This document shows, one piece after another, positions 34,340-47,895 of a stretch of DNA of 64,000 nucleotides; the first letter of the stretch is position 1; every line of letters begins with the position of its first letter. The notes under the pieces were generated by a model, which was given only the letters and a program-made list of their open reading frames with translations, had not been told where the DNA came from and ran no database searches. The position numbers and the translations under genes were made by a program. Source of the DNA: Podarcis cretensis (Eukaryota); contig OX638151.1 of assembly GCA_951804945.1 (NCBI GenBank), positions 69,626,001-69,690,000 on the forward strand, given 5' to 3'.

Positions 34340-34475
34340 CAGGCTTCCTCAACCTTGGCCCTCCAGATGTTTTGAGACTACAGTTCCCATCATCCCTGAC
34401 CACTGGTCCTGCTAGCTAGGGATCATGGGGGTTGTAGGCCAAAAACATCTGGAGGGCTGAGGTTGAGGAAGCCTG
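34340..34475. mobile_element. Near-perfect palindromic hAT-type MITE
   Basis: CAGGCTTCCTCAACCT...GCCCTCCAGATGTTTT / AAAACATCTGGAGGGC...AGGTTGAGGAAGCCTG; no clear TSD. Confidence 0.8.
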
Positions 34476-35030
34476 AGTCCCTGTCCAGATCATTGGCTGA
34501 AGCTGGACCACCAGCTGAAGCTCAAGCAACATCAAAAGATCCATCAGTACCCACAAACTACATACACCTTCAGATGGACTTAACCCCATCTATTCAATCT
34601 AGGGAACCACCCATGAACAGTGCTTAAATCTTATCTGGATTGAGCTTCAGTTTATTGGCTCTCATCTAGTCTATTACCAAGGCAAGACAATGATCCAGCA
34701 CATCCACTGCCAAACCTCTACATGTAAAGCAGAAGTTGAGCTGTGTGTCACCATTGTATTGCTGATGACACTCCTGATGACCCCACTTTTTGGTCTCATG
34801 TAGATGTTAAACATCATGGGGGACAGAACTGAACCTTGAGAAACCCCACATTGAAGGCTCCACAGGGTCAAAGAACATCATACTCTGGAACTGACCAGTG
34901 CCACCCAACCTCAACTCAGACAGCCACTTCAGAAGGATACCAATGTTTGATGGTATCAAAAGCCACTGAGAAGTTAAGAAGAATCAAGAGGGATACATTT
35001 TCCCTGTCTCTTGAGATTCAGCTGTTGTAA
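34476..35030 (-). mobile_element. L2 LINE ORF2 reverse-transcriptase fragment (decayed)
   Basis: The minus-strand peptide CGVSQGSVLSPMMFNIYMRP matches the L2/CR1 RT motif GVPQGSVLSPxLFNIYM; frameshifted around the YADD region. Confidence 0.8.
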
Positions 35031-37004
35031 CAGTGAACAGTGAAGATTGCAGTGAACTATGTATCCAGGTGGGAACAGGTGCTCACCCACCCAGGTCTCA
35101 GGGATACAGACCACATGCATGAGGGAGGTTTTACTCAAAGCTGCCCTGGCATTCAGCTACAGCAGCCACAGACCCAAGGGCTAGCTGATAGGACAACCAA
35201 AGTTCATCAGGTTGGTAGAGGGGCTGGCACATGGTACAGTTACTAACTGCCTGTGCTGTGTGCCCCTTACCTGCCTGCCACACCCCACAATATATTGCTC
35301 AGAAAATGTACCAAATGTCGTCAAGACTTGTGCATTCCCAAGGCCTGTTGGGGATTATGTATATTGATTTGGAAACATATACATTTCCCTCTTCATGGAA
35401 GGAATATGTGAACATTCTCCATGAGGCCTGGTGCATGTGCACAATGACCAGTTATTATGCACATTAGCCACTCCTTTAAAACTCCCCTTAACATACATAT
35501 ATGCAAATCTTGAGGCTTTTGTTAAAACGGTAAAAGGCAATATACAAGTCTAATAAATCAAACCAGCTGCTCTGTGGACCCATTGAACAACTTAATGTTC
35601 AAAAGCACAGCTACTTACTCATTTGTGACAGGCAGCAACATATCGTGCAAATGCATGTTGCCCCCTTCGTAACCTCAAGCCAACAACCACGGCTTGCAAT
35701 CTAGACCCAGAAAATTTCAACTCTTTCAGTGTGACAATCACACAGGTGCTAATGAAGTCATAAGCTGCCACATGGAATGTTTGAAAGGTCACACAATATT
35801 ACATTTTCCTGTGCTGGTCTGCAAATCTGTCGTGCTCTGCATCTCCACCCCTTGTGGCTGCCAGTTATTCTCTGAACTTTACCTAACTCTAGCACCTGCT
35901 GCATTTTACAGTCACATAGATTCTGACCTTCTGTGAAAAGCACTGTTTTTATAAGGACAATGGCTAGGTAGAAAACAAGCAATGTCACCAGACTAGCAGT
36001 GTTTATTAGGGCATCTCAAGGTCTGCTGAGGACCCTGTCAGAAGGAGAGTTTATCAACCTAAATCTTACCTGTAAAAGAAACAGCCAGAGGGGAAAAATA
36101 ACAGTCAACATTAAGTGCCTCTGATAACAGGAAAGCAGCATTTGAGAATATTATGTACAGAAAACAATGGAGGAAAATCGGTTTCTGTAGACATAGCAAA
36201 AAACTATGAGGGGAATGCTGGATTACTCCTAGAGGCATGCTCAGGTCTTTGAACATGTGGCTGCTCAGAGGTGGATGGGGGAAGAGATGAACACACAACC
36301 TATTCCCCAACATCCTTGTAGCAGCACTATCTCTATGTTAACTGTTGGCCACCATTATATGTACAGCACAAACCTATTCATGTTTACTTGGAAGCCGGTT
36401 CCCCTCAGTCCTGTGAACTGCCAAGTAAATGCACTCACACCTTATTGTGTATTTTCCAAAGGGCCTTCTGCACTCATCCTGGAGCTTCCACACATACTCT
36501 GGAATTTCTCAGCTCCCCTCCATCAGTCTCTCTTGCCCTCAAAAAGGCTACTTAGGAAAAGCCTTTATTCATCACAGCATTTATAGGCCACCTAACAAGC
36601 CTAACCCTCCCAAGACTGCTCACAATGTCTTGGTTTGGTTAGCATTTGGTTCTCCTTTGCTCATATACTCGGAGCTGATTTAAATAAAAGTTGGTGTTGG
36701 CTTTAGACTAACCAAAATTCAACACAAGTAGGGCCAGCATGTTAAGAATTGCAGTGAGTTCTTTTAAAGGGGAGTATGTATTGTTAAACGCACTCTTGAC
36801 TTTTGCAGATTGTTTTCCCAACATGCTAATGGAAGTTATTGGCAACAGTGTTTTATGTCTGTTATTTAACGGCTAACAGATATAATGGCATGTGCAGGCA
36901 TTCTACATCACCATCTACCTAGTAAGCTGAACTCAAGCTTACCTGAGAGATTTAGGCAATAGAGGAGCAGGTGCACCAACCATCCTCTTCACTATACAGA
37001 CTAT

Positions 37005-37298
37005 GGAGAGCCAGTGTGGTGTAGTGGTTAATAGCGGTAGTCTCATAATCTGGGGAACCGGGTTCGTGTCTCTGCTCCTCCACATGCAGCTGCTGGGTGA
37101 CCTTGGGCCAGTCACACTTCTTTGAAGTCTCTCAGCCCCACTCACCTCACAGGTGTTTGTTGTGGGGGAGGAAGGGAAAGGAGAATGTTAGCCGCTTTGA
37201 GATTCCTTAAAGGGAGTGAAAGGCGGGATATCAAATCCAAACTACTACTCCTCCTCTTCTTCTTCTTCTTCTTCTTCTTCTTCTTCTTCTTCTTCTTC
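37005..37298 (+). mobile_element. Squam3-type tRNA-derived SINE, full length, (CTT)n tail
   Basis: GGAGAGCCAGTGTGGTGTAGTGGTTAA head (A box), GGTTCG B-box region, CTCTCAGCCCCACTCACCTCACAG body, GGCGGGATATCAAATCCAA end, CTT tail; sibling at 49770. Confidence 0.85.
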
Positions 37299-38831
37299 TA
37301 TGCAGAGGGCACCACTTTGTGATGCAAACAAAGTGACCTGTAACTGGCTGACCTGGAGGCAACGGTGGATGGAAGCAGGCAAGTAGCCTGCCTCCAAGTA
37401 GCCACTGGCAGCTGGCATCTCAACTTCCCATTATGTCCAGAGTGATATGACATCAGGGACATTGCAGGAAATTTAAATGGCAGCTAGTGTAAGCCTGGAA
37501 TAAAATGTAAATGGGGACCCAGGGTAGAGGTCATCGGTGAGCCCTTATAGTTATTGGGCCCCCAGCAACTATCCACGTATTCTTGATGTCAACTCTGGCC
37601 TTGAAAACCCAAATCATTTAGATATATTTGAAAAGCAAAAGAGCCCTGGAAAACCACAGCCAGTTTCAGATCTTGTATAATCACAGGAACAGTACAAGGG
37701 GTTCTTACAACTGACAGAGTACAGTGGATTCCTGGTTGTTGGGTTCCCTCCCCCCCCCCCCCATTGTCAATGAAACAAAACCGTCTCGTCCACCACCCTG
37801 CAGAGGAAGAAGGAAAAAGTGTTTTGCATATTTCTGAAAGAAGTGAAATTGTACAAAGAGAAAACAATCGCCACCAATATATTCATGCATGCAAATTGTA
37901 TCCTTTCTTACACAAATCTAATGAAACAGGACGTGATGGCAAGACCATAATAACTCAAAGTAGAGGCGAATGAATGAGAGATTTCCATATCTAAGAAAGT
38001 TAATCACATTTAAACATTTCCCAATCAGGTATCTCTTCACTGTTCAGCTGCTGCGCTTGCTATGTCCAAGCAGAGGAGGAGGAAGTTGAAATCCTAAAAT
38101 TAGTTATGCCATTAGTGAGCATGAGATTTTACAGAGAACAGACAGCTCCTGACCCCAAAGAATTTACAAGATACAATTCACCACCAAAGAAACAACAGAG
38201 GAAGAGGAAAGCAGGGGAGACTGGGGTAAATTGGAGCAGGATATCTATTTTCTAACCATGTTCCAGCATGATATTTCACTATCAGCCCCCCTACCCCTGC
38301 CAACACACTATCTACACTGTTGGTGATACTCTTCATTCTTATGGGAGATGGGCAGGGAGGGAAAGCCATAGGTGGCTAATTATTTGGGTGGTGGGGTGAG
38401 GGACAGCACTCCTAGCACACTGGGGTCCCAAGAACTTTCACAACCAAAGGGACTGTTGTGCTTAGGTCCTGGTTGCAGGCTTCCCACGTGCACTGGTTGG
38501 CACCTGGTGAGCCATTGGTCTGATCCAACAGGCTCTTCTTAGGTCACTATCTAAATATTAGTTTGCTTAAAGCAATTTTAAAAAAAATATCCCAAAAACA
38601 TGAAGCTGTGAAAGGGAAAGCTCATCCTAAGAAGCCTGCCTTAGGGATTTTGCAGTAGCAAGGTCAACTTTGTAAGGCTAGAATTTATATGCCAATGATA
38701 AAAAGAGCTCCTTCTTTCATTCTATTTATATCCCAATCTTTGTTTAGAAAGCTCAAAGTGGCTTACAGAGAGCTCCCAGAGGTTTTCCATTCATGCTTTG
38801 ATCCCTAAAGTATTAGCACATCAAAATACTA

Positions 38832-38886
38832 GCGCATGTGTGTGTGTGCGCGCGCGTGCACGCGCGCGCGCACACACACACACACA
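38832..38886. repeat. Alternating purine-pyrimidine palindromic tract (TG)n(CG)n-TGCA-(CG)n(CA)n
   Basis: Read directly; about 55 bp of uninterrupted RY alternation. Confidence 0.9.
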
Positions 38887-41800
38887 GGTTTAACCAGTTT
38901 TCACTTGAAGGAAGAAAACCCTTTTAAATTTATTTCCCATTTACAGCATACAATCTCAGCTTTTAAAACATGCATCAATTTTAAATATGTGTGTCCTTTG
39001 GGAGGACTCTTTGAAATCAGTGTTAAACTATTTACCAAAGTGGCCTATATCTAAAACTCAGAATTCATTCTTGTATAAACTCTGTTTTCACATCCTCTTA
39101 ATTTTTCCAATCTCAACCTTTTCACCTGGGAATGGTAAAGATTTCTCAAGAGCCAAGGGACTTATGCTCAGGTTTTCAGCTGCCCGCTTGCTGTTGGCTG
39201 TATCTTGCTACCAACTGCACATCTAAATGCAACCCTATCTGATTCCCACCCCCCAAACTTGATTGCTTTACATTATTTCTTACTTTTCTTATAACTTGCC
39301 TACTTTTAAACCAAGGACGTTTCCTTCTCTTCTACCAGTGAAAGTATGTTTTGGAAGAGAAATCCTTTAAATGCATTTTGTGTGTGAGTATGATGCCTGA
39401 ATTTAAATGCAGACTTTTTGTTAAAGGGACTTCTATCATCAAATCAGAGAGTGTTGTTTTCAGCAGTGAAAAGGAAGCCACCAATTCCTTTTCAAAGGAA
39501 CCCTTTTGACAAAATGGTAGCTACACCTGCCTGACTAATGATAGCAACTTTTGAAGGTTCTGTAATACAAGTGTTAATTATTATATTGTTTGGAAATCAA
39601 AGTGCACAACACACATACACACAGAAACTGCTTCCCCATCAGCGAGTACCAAGAATTTGCCGCAGCTAATTACAACATGCCCAAGCTGGCAACATTATAC
39701 AGTTCATCTTTCACAGCAGAAGTGGTTTGCTAAAAGTGCCTCTTTCATCTTTCTGTCTTTTGAATTCCCCCTTTTTTGTCTCTCTTATCAGTTTACTTCA
39801 CACGCACGCATGGAGGCATGGCTCTGAAGTCGCAAGTGCAGCACACAATTTAATCTGAATTGGCTTGATGGAAGACGAATGTTTTTTTGACAGGCAATTG
39901 GGATGAAGTCGGAACAAAAGGAGAGGCAACATCTTAGAATTTATGTGGAAGATGCTTTGCAGATGCAACTGCTATTTTGAGAGGCTCCTATGCGGCCCTG
40001 CTCAGAAGACCAAGCCGGGGAAGCTGAACATGGCCTGGGGTGGGGAGGGAGCAGGATCATAGCAGTAGGCAGTGCCCTCAACCCCACTGTGTACATAGGC
40101 TTTGCGCAGAAATGAGTGCTGTGTGGAAGCACAGCTTTTAATTGGCAGCGTGCTCCCTGTCGTACGGGCCTCCTCTGTGCAGCAGCCTGGATTCTGATTC
40201 CAATCCAGATGGGGAGAAGCCAGCCATGTCTATGCACTAGAGGCAGAGCTGCTGGAAACCGACTTAGTATGATGGATATTGGTAAGAGGATATGTTAATT
40301 ATATTCAATCTTCTATGTGTGTGGGTAGGTTTCTCCAGGTATGGCTAGGAATGTCCCTTGCCTGAAATGCTGGAGAGCTACTCACTGTCAGTTTAGCCAG
40401 ATGTAGCAATGGTCTGACACTGTACAAGACAATACGGCTTGCAAACTGGTTTTGCCTCCTGCAGTCTACACCTGTTCAAATAAAAGACTACACCATGTAC
40501 AAATCTGTACATGGGCAAAGAGATATTTTAGGAAGACACCCCAGATATGCCTCGCTCCTCCAAAGCAGATTCTGTTCCACACAAGGGCTGCGTTGAACAT
40601 GCAAGAGCTCATAGAAGAGCAAAATATTAACCTCTCTCTCTTCTGAGTTTTAAGTGTTGGTAGATATATAGATACACTTCAAAAATATGTGTCAAGACAC
40701 TCTTAAATCGCAAAATAAATAATAAAATACAGTAGCTTTTATCAAATAAATAAATCACAAGTGTCACCTCCACATTTTCAGAGTTGGGTCCTAAGAGTCT
40801 TGAGCAGTTTCAGCACAAAGTTTTCAGCTTGGAATTGTAATTGCTATAGCCTTATCCCTGCGACTGGTTCTAGTATATTATTCAACATGTTAAAAATATA
40901 CTTATCAAGGCAGCGAGGTGGAAGTTTAAAAAATGAGACTTCTTCTTCTTGATTGCACAGGACTTCTCTAAGTAGGAGTAAAACTGGGACAACATGACAT
41001 TGAAATAATCTGTCTTGCAAAGTGCTTTGAGAACTTGCTGAGATAGAAACTTGATATGAAAATGTGCTTGCTATTTTTGATTTCTTCCCTGTATAGAGGC
41101 AGAGCCATACTGCTTATACCTTGCAGTGACATATCCACAGATCAAGGATAGTCACAAACAGCCCTTTTGCCATATGTGGGCATCAGATGAGTGATTAATT
41201 CTTCCTTCCCAATTGGGCAAGTTGTCCAAAGCTACTCTGGGGTCATTTGCTTATATGCAGACATCTCAGACTGCTATTCTGATGTGTAAATAAGGGACCT
41301 TAAACACCTTGGATATAAACCAGCCCTTATTGCTGAGGAATAAGGGAATAAGATGTGCTCCCACATCTTTGCCAGCAGAGTTTCATAGCAGGTATTTTTC
41401 TGTGAGCCCAGGCTGCCTGATGCCCAAGAATAGGAGGCAGTTTGCTGTTGGTTGGGGCTTTTGTGTGTGCATACAGCACATCCCTATGCTGGATTGGAGT
41501 TGTTGCATCTAGCTGCTTCTGTTGTTCCCTAATGGCTTGTATGCTTGCAGGTTATCCTTACCATCCCCTTCCCATGAACCATACAAGGGCTGAATTATGC
41601 CACTTATATGCAATATACAGGGCATGAGTGCTTGTGGCATGTGTTGTGAGGAATGGAATGTGTGAGGAATGGAATGTATTCCATGTGAAAAAGGGTCCAG
41701 ACTGTGGGGTTCTGCTTAAGGCACAGGTGAGCCCTATGCTCTTTGGTTCTTTGAAAAAGCCAGCTTCAGTTTCATAATCTTTATGAGCTTCAGTGCAAAA

Positions 41801-42299
41801 CTTTGCCAGTGTTGATTTAATTCAACATATTTCAGGAAAGTCCTGAGCAGCGGAAGGACCACAGAGGGGAAGGGGAAGGAAAGTTTAACCTTTTTCCCCC
41901 TGTCATGGTCCTGATAAAAATGGTCCCCCTTGAAGCTGCTGTTTGGATTGGAGGAAAGTCTCCTTTGGCACCAAAAAAGATTTCCCTCCCAAAAGAAAGA
42001 GCACCTTTGGGGGCGAGTGATTTTCATCGGGACCATGGCAAGGAGCTCCAGTTGGTTTTGTTGATGGGAGCTTATCAGGCAACTGACAGGTCACAGTACA
42101 CATGCTGGTGGGTTGTTTTCAACTCAATGGGACACACAAGTAGGGCTGAAATACTTAGCAGACTGATGAGAAAACTATTGCTTTAAAAAATAATCCTGAT
42201 TAACCAGGCAACCCATCAGAGCTGGCTCAGCCACTAGGCAGAGACGGTTGGCTAACTCTGGTGGGCAGATGCTAGGGAGTTGGACAGGGGCATTTTACC

Positions 42300-42456
42300 A
42301 CCATAAGCTCAATGGCAGAGCATCAGTGTTGCATGCAGAAGCTCCCTGGTTCAGTCTCCAGCATCTCCAGATAAGTCTAGAGAAGATTCTGAGAGCCGGC
42401 CTGTCAGGGCAGACAATACAGAGCTAAATGGAGTACAAGGCAGCTTCCTATGTTCT
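42300..42456 (+). mobile_element. tRNA-derived SINE with CR1-like tail
   Basis: AGCTCAATGGCAGAGC (A box), GGTTCAGTCTCC (B box), tail AAGGCAGCTTCCTATGTTC. Confidence 0.65.
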
Positions 42457-42506
42457 CCTGAGCTAGCCAGCTGCCCACAGGTGTGCAGAGGTAGTCAGTT
42501 GGGGGT

Positions 42507-42565
42507 GTTTGTTTGTTTGTTTGTTTGTTTGTTTGTTTGTTTATTTATTATTATTATTATTATTA
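42507..42565. repeat. Microsatellite (GTTT)n(ATT)n
   Basis: Read directly from the sequence. Confidence 0.9.
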
Positions 42566-45162
42566 AATGTATACACCCACATTCACCAAGGGTACGACCT
42601 CTGAAGCTGTGTACACAAATAGCTGAGATGTACACCTGTACCGTTATTCACATATAACATTCAGTAAGTGAGCAGTCTGTATACACAACAGTTGAACTGC
42701 ACAAATCAACAACCCTTTCATCCAAACATTTGTCGTTGTGTCCAGACAGCTTGTACCTGCCTTCAGCATTATGTGTGGAGAAACCTAGTGTCAAAGTAGG
42801 ATTCAGCAGCCAGTCTGTTCAGCTGCTGCACATGGAATTGCAAGTGCTGTTCTTTCCTTAGTTTCAGAGAGACAAAATGTCATGGGCTGCTGCTGCAAGC
42901 CATTTTAAAAATATGTTATTCATATTAAAAATAAGAACTTATGATAACAGCAGGTGGCAGGCATAATCTTAGAAAGAGGGCTTCTCTTGCACACAGTAGT
43001 GACTGCATCTTCTAAAATGGTGCCTGCCAATCATGGCACACTTCGTTCATTTGAACTATTTATATACCACTTAAAACTGTAGTCTCTTAAAAAACAAATT
43101 ATGTTTGAAAATGGGATCAGGACTCCGGACACGATCCACCAGGGAACTCCCCATGCACATTCAAATGAACAACAGAAGCCCAAGAGCTCAAGTGTTGCTC
43201 TTGTGCAATTCCCATCTTTAGGGGGATTGTGGTCTCCATTGGCATTCATGCTGGTTTTATTGTCCAGAGGCTTTAAAATGTGTTTGTATTAGCTCATCAT
43301 TGAAGGAGGGCATCTCTATTTTATAAGCTTCACTTCTTGTGGTGAAGGAAAATCTCCAGCAATCCACAAATGGATTGAAAGTACATTACTTGTTTTATTG
43401 AGAGAGACGGTCTATAATTATCTATCTATATATCTGTGTATTTTTATCACTGATACTTTTTAAAGTTGTTTTCCCTGCTGTCAGAGACATTTTTATTTTC
43501 AGCATTTAGCACAAGCTTTTCTCTTTTAGAAAATCTTTCAGAAGCCCAGAGAATAAACTTGGAAATTATTATGGCTGCAACCCCAAACTCATTTATCTGC
43601 TCATAAATCTTGCTGGTCAATGGGTTTTCCAAATGTGCAAGATGATTTAGGATTGCATCATAAATTCTGTCTTTAAAATATGAAATATTGATCATTCTTG
43701 CTTGCCTCCAATGGGAACAACTTCCTTTCATTTGCTGCACCTTCTTCATTCTCAGCTCAAAACTAAAGTTGTGATTTATTTTGCATATTTCAATTAATCA
43801 ATTCCTTTCTGCAATTGTTTAAAAATACATTAAAACAAATTTCCTATTTTCTCTAGTAGCTTAGTTATGTGTAGAACTTTAAAAAGTGTAACTAGAAATG
43901 GTGTCGCAGTGTCTTGAATTGTATGTTTACAAACAGACCTGTGCCATCTTGAATTCAGACTAAAAGACAATGGATTGCATACTGCCATTGCTGCTGGGAA
44001 GCCAATGGGTATTACAAACTCCATTTCCTAGGCACTAAAGATTATTTCTGAACACCCTCAGAAGAATCTAGCAACTCCTTGGCCACAGATGTGAGGACAT
44101 CACTGCCACTGACCTTCATCCCAACCTGCCTTGCTGCTATCCTTGCCAGGGTGTGTTTTGGGAGAGAGGAGGATTGGAAGCAGAGTGGGAATGTTCATTC
44201 CAGTAGGAGCCAAGACCAGAGTTTGGACTCCACTCACAGTGGCTAGTTCATAATGGGGATTTAATTCTCACTCTTCCATAATTTGAACATCAGCATCCTC
44301 ACTCTACTTTTTCCATAAGCAGCAACAGTGAGCTAAAGTGGCTCAGGAATTGAGCCAGTGTTTCCTCTACTCCTGCCCTGTCTATGGAAACTTACATCAA
44401 CTGTTGCAAAGCCCAAACTTCTGAAGTTCACAGGCATTAAACTTTTCAAGAAGAAAAATGCTAATTTAATTGAGAATCGGGATTATTGCACAGTGAACTG
44501 GAACTTTTAGCTTATGAATCAAGCAGCACTCAAATGTATCTGTGTTTTAAGACTCGTACATCCTTTCTCTAATGAGACGCTACACATGCTAATGGAATCC
44601 CAAGGGAAATTTATATTCCCCCAGAGAACCAAGTCTCTAGCCATCTCTCACTTCTGAGCCCTTGAGGTTTCAGGGAGGGGGACCCTTATTCAATGGATTA
44701 CTTCTCAGTTACCATGTGAGTGTGACGGAGGGTCATGAAAAATATTTTACCACTGAGATCAGAAGGCACTTTCCTCTTGCTACTAGGATATTTCTAAGAC
44801 AAATGAGCTAAGCTTTCATGACATTTCTCTGCTGCCTACCTTATTAATATCAGAAAGTACTTCTTTGGTATCAAAGTGCAAGAAAGAAAGAATTGTGCTA
44901 TTAAGTCCTAAAAAGCTATGCGGCATAAAAATCATCATGAGATAAAAACAGGATGTCAGCCCCATCATTTCAAACAGCTGAAAGCATTGCACAGCTTCAG
45001 TTGCCTGAAGATGCTTCCCAGAGGCACAAAATAGAAAACATACATTGGAAAACTGGTGGGGGGTTTTTTGGAGGGGGGGGAGGCATATTAAGCTGCACAT
45101 AAAAATATTGTCGGTTCTTATGCAACACACTAGTTTTGCATACCAAATAGAGCAAGCCAGTA

Positions 45163-45388
45163 CAGTGGTACCTCGGCTTAAGTACTTAATTCGTTCTGGA
45201 GGTCTGTTCTTAACCTGAAACTGTTCTTAACCTGAAGCACCACTTTAGCTAATGGGGCCTCCTGCTGCTGCCACACCGCTGGAGCACGATTTCTGTTCTC
45301 ATCCTAAAGCAAAGTTCTTAACCCGAGGTACTATTTCTGGGTTAGCGGAGTCTGTAACCTGAAGCTTATGTAACGCGAGGTACCACTG
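45163..45388 (-). mobile_element. pogo/Tigger-like MITE, inverted sibling of 28972-29197
   Basis: TA flanks; TIRs CAGTGGTACCTCG / CGAGGTACCACTG; interior is the reverse complement of 28972-29197 with scattered substitutions. Confidence 0.9.
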
Positions 45389-46479
45389 TACAATGTCAAC
45401 CACTCAGTGAAATGCAACCGACCACTAGTCTTATATGCACTGGCAGCCCTTCTGGGGCTTTTCCTTGAGTGGAAAGTACAAGGTGGTTGTCAAAACATCC
45501 ATAATATGTGACTGGTTGGGTGCTGCAGTAAACTTTCTGGATCACTTTCTGGATCTGCAGGCCTGAGTCGGATTGATTGCTTAACGTGAATCAGGGAGAC
45601 CATGGTTCAAATCCCCAAAGGCATAATCTCATCCATTAGCAACATGAGAAGTGCTCTCCTGATTCAGACTAAAGGTTTATATATTCCTGGTTCCCAGCAA
45701 TCCAGTATTATAATGGTGAAGCTCACTAGAATTTTCATCCACAGTAGGTGTCATCATTACACATGCTATGATCATATTTTGAATTTCCCCTGTAAACCTT
45801 GTATTCAGATTTTCCTGAAGCTAATAAAAGGTACTCCCTGTAATCCACTAAAAATATTTTCTTTTTAGGTTTTGAATTCCACATATGCTGCTGTCTCAAT
45901 TTCTGGAAGGTATTTTTTTATAGGGCTCTATTTGTTTCTTGGTTATGGGCTATGTTACATTTTTATAATCTGCAAATTAGATTATGTGTGGAGAATCTGT
46001 GAATAGTGTTGGAATTAGCACTTGTTTTGTCATCAAGGTCTAAAATACTCCAATGAGACAAAGCAAAGCCCTCATTTTGTAAGTAAATGAAGCGTTGCTG
46101 AAGGATAAACTAGGAAATCAAAAGGTTGCTAACAATATATGACATGTTCCTTCCCAAAATAGCAAACTGGCTATTTCTACAGAGGAAGCAAAAGGATGAT
46201 GAAAGTGCCCTCTGTCTTTTAAGAAAGAAACTGAACAATAGAGAGGTCAGAAGGGGAGGAGGGGAGAGACAGAAGACAAAGCTCTCAAAGAGCTGGCAAA
46301 CCACAAGTCATAAAATAATATGAATTATTCAGACCTTGTTGATTGTGCACAGGAAGTTTGCAAGTTGCATAGAAAAGGTACAAAGGGTTAGAAATGGAAC
46401 CAAATATTCCCTCTTACGCTTTGAGGTAGGCTATTTTTAATGAGTTTGATTTGAACATGATGCTAAACCATAATAACAT

Positions 46480-47082
46480 AATAATAGTTTGCTCGATCAG
46501 GTCAATGACCCAACTAGTCTAGTATCCTGTTCTCACAGTGGCCAACCAGATGCCCATGGGAAACCAGCAAACAGAGCACTCTACCTTTCTGTGGTCTCCA
46601 GCAACTGCTTTTTGGAAGCATTGCTGCCTCCAACTGTGGAGATATAGAGCATAGCCATATAGGGCTGTCTTAAGCATATGCGGTGCCAGGGTGCAAAGAT
46701 TCGCCCGGCGCCCCCTCAGTTGCCCAGTCCCAGGCATGCAGGAAGGCAGAGCTGGCCGGCTGCCTTCAGCATCTCACTGGCTCGGTTGCCCCCGAACTCG
46801 CGGCGCAGAGCTGCCCGCAGCAGAAGAGCCCACCACGGCGCTCTGACCGATGGGCGGGCTCTTCCCTGGACTCAACTCTCGGGCCCTGGACTCTTGGCCT
46901 GGCGCCCCTGAAAGCCTGACACCCGGGTGCCCTGCACCCCTAGTGCCTATGGGTGAGACGGCCCTGTAGCCATAGATGGTCCTGTCCTCCATGAATCTGT
47001 CTAGTCCTCTATTAAAGCCATCCAAGTAGGTGGCCATCACTGCCTCCTGAGAGAACAAGTTCCATAGCCTGACTGTGTGCTG
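46480..47082 (-). mobile_element. CR1 LINE 3' end interrupted by a MITE
   Basis: GATCAGGTCAATGACCCAACTAGTCTAGTATCC hairpin; the minus strand encodes QEAVMATYLDGFNRGLDRFMEDRTIYGY (CR1 ORF2 C-terminus). Confidence 0.8.
46660..46966. mobile_element. GC-rich hAT-type MITE with 8-bp TSD
   Basis: Exact TSD TAGCCATA at 46652-46659 and 46967-46974; ends TAGGGCTGTCT / AGACGGCCCTG. Confidence 0.85.
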
Positions 47083-47895
47083 CTTTACTTCAACATCCAG
47101 TTAGAACTATTTAGTTCAAATTAATTGGACAAAACTGATGAACTTGATCCAGTGATAGCAGCTTTTCAATATCTCATAGTTGTTTACACTTCCAGCCCCT
47201 CTGCCACTTACTTGCCTCTTAGCACACACCCATCAATTTCACTGCTTCCCCCAGGGTGCAGCACCACCAGCTTTGGGAATCACTGGTTTAACGCAGCATA
47301 AATAAGCCATAGTGAGCTTTGGACTCGCACACTTTTTTCTCCCTTTCCTATGCCGCCAAGGGGAAGAGAATAATAGCTTCTGCTTTTGATTTTAGTTAAC
47401 TAAAAGCTTGCTGTATCATTCTGAGTTATAACTGAGATTAACATTCACCCTAGTTAGTTTAAACAAGCCAGCTTCAGAGACCATAGTGTAAAGTTAGATT
47501 GTTTTAAACTAACCATAGGGAGAGGGGATAAAAGAGAGGCAACCAATGGGAAAATGGAGAAAACAGCGTGATACTGAATTGACCTCCAGCACTGACAGCA
47601 GGAGGGGAAGGGGAGCCATTTGCAATCCTTCCCATGTGGGAAGCTTAAGCCGTCTTAGCAACTGCTATGTCAAGCTTACATTACCTCATGTTTTGCAAAT
47701 GGGAGCTGCATTAAAATGTTGTGCTGTCTAATTCACCTCTTCCTTGGTTGCAATTGTTAGCCACAAGTCAGTGACTTGAATTTTTGCATTAACTGAGTGT
47801 GCATAGAAGCACAAAATGTGGTCTTTGCTGGTGTCTCTGACAAAACATTATCAGGAGATAGTTGCTCCAGATGATCACATGCTACAGTGCCCTTA

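Noticed and set aside
37005-37090. tRNA gene-like A/B boxes (also 42300, 48180-48257, 49770, 63878)
   Set aside because: There is no complete cloverleaf, and each continues into a SINE body and tail.
41645-41676. 16-bp tandem duplication TGTGAGGAATGGAATG x2
   Set aside because: An ordinary slippage duplication with no further structure.
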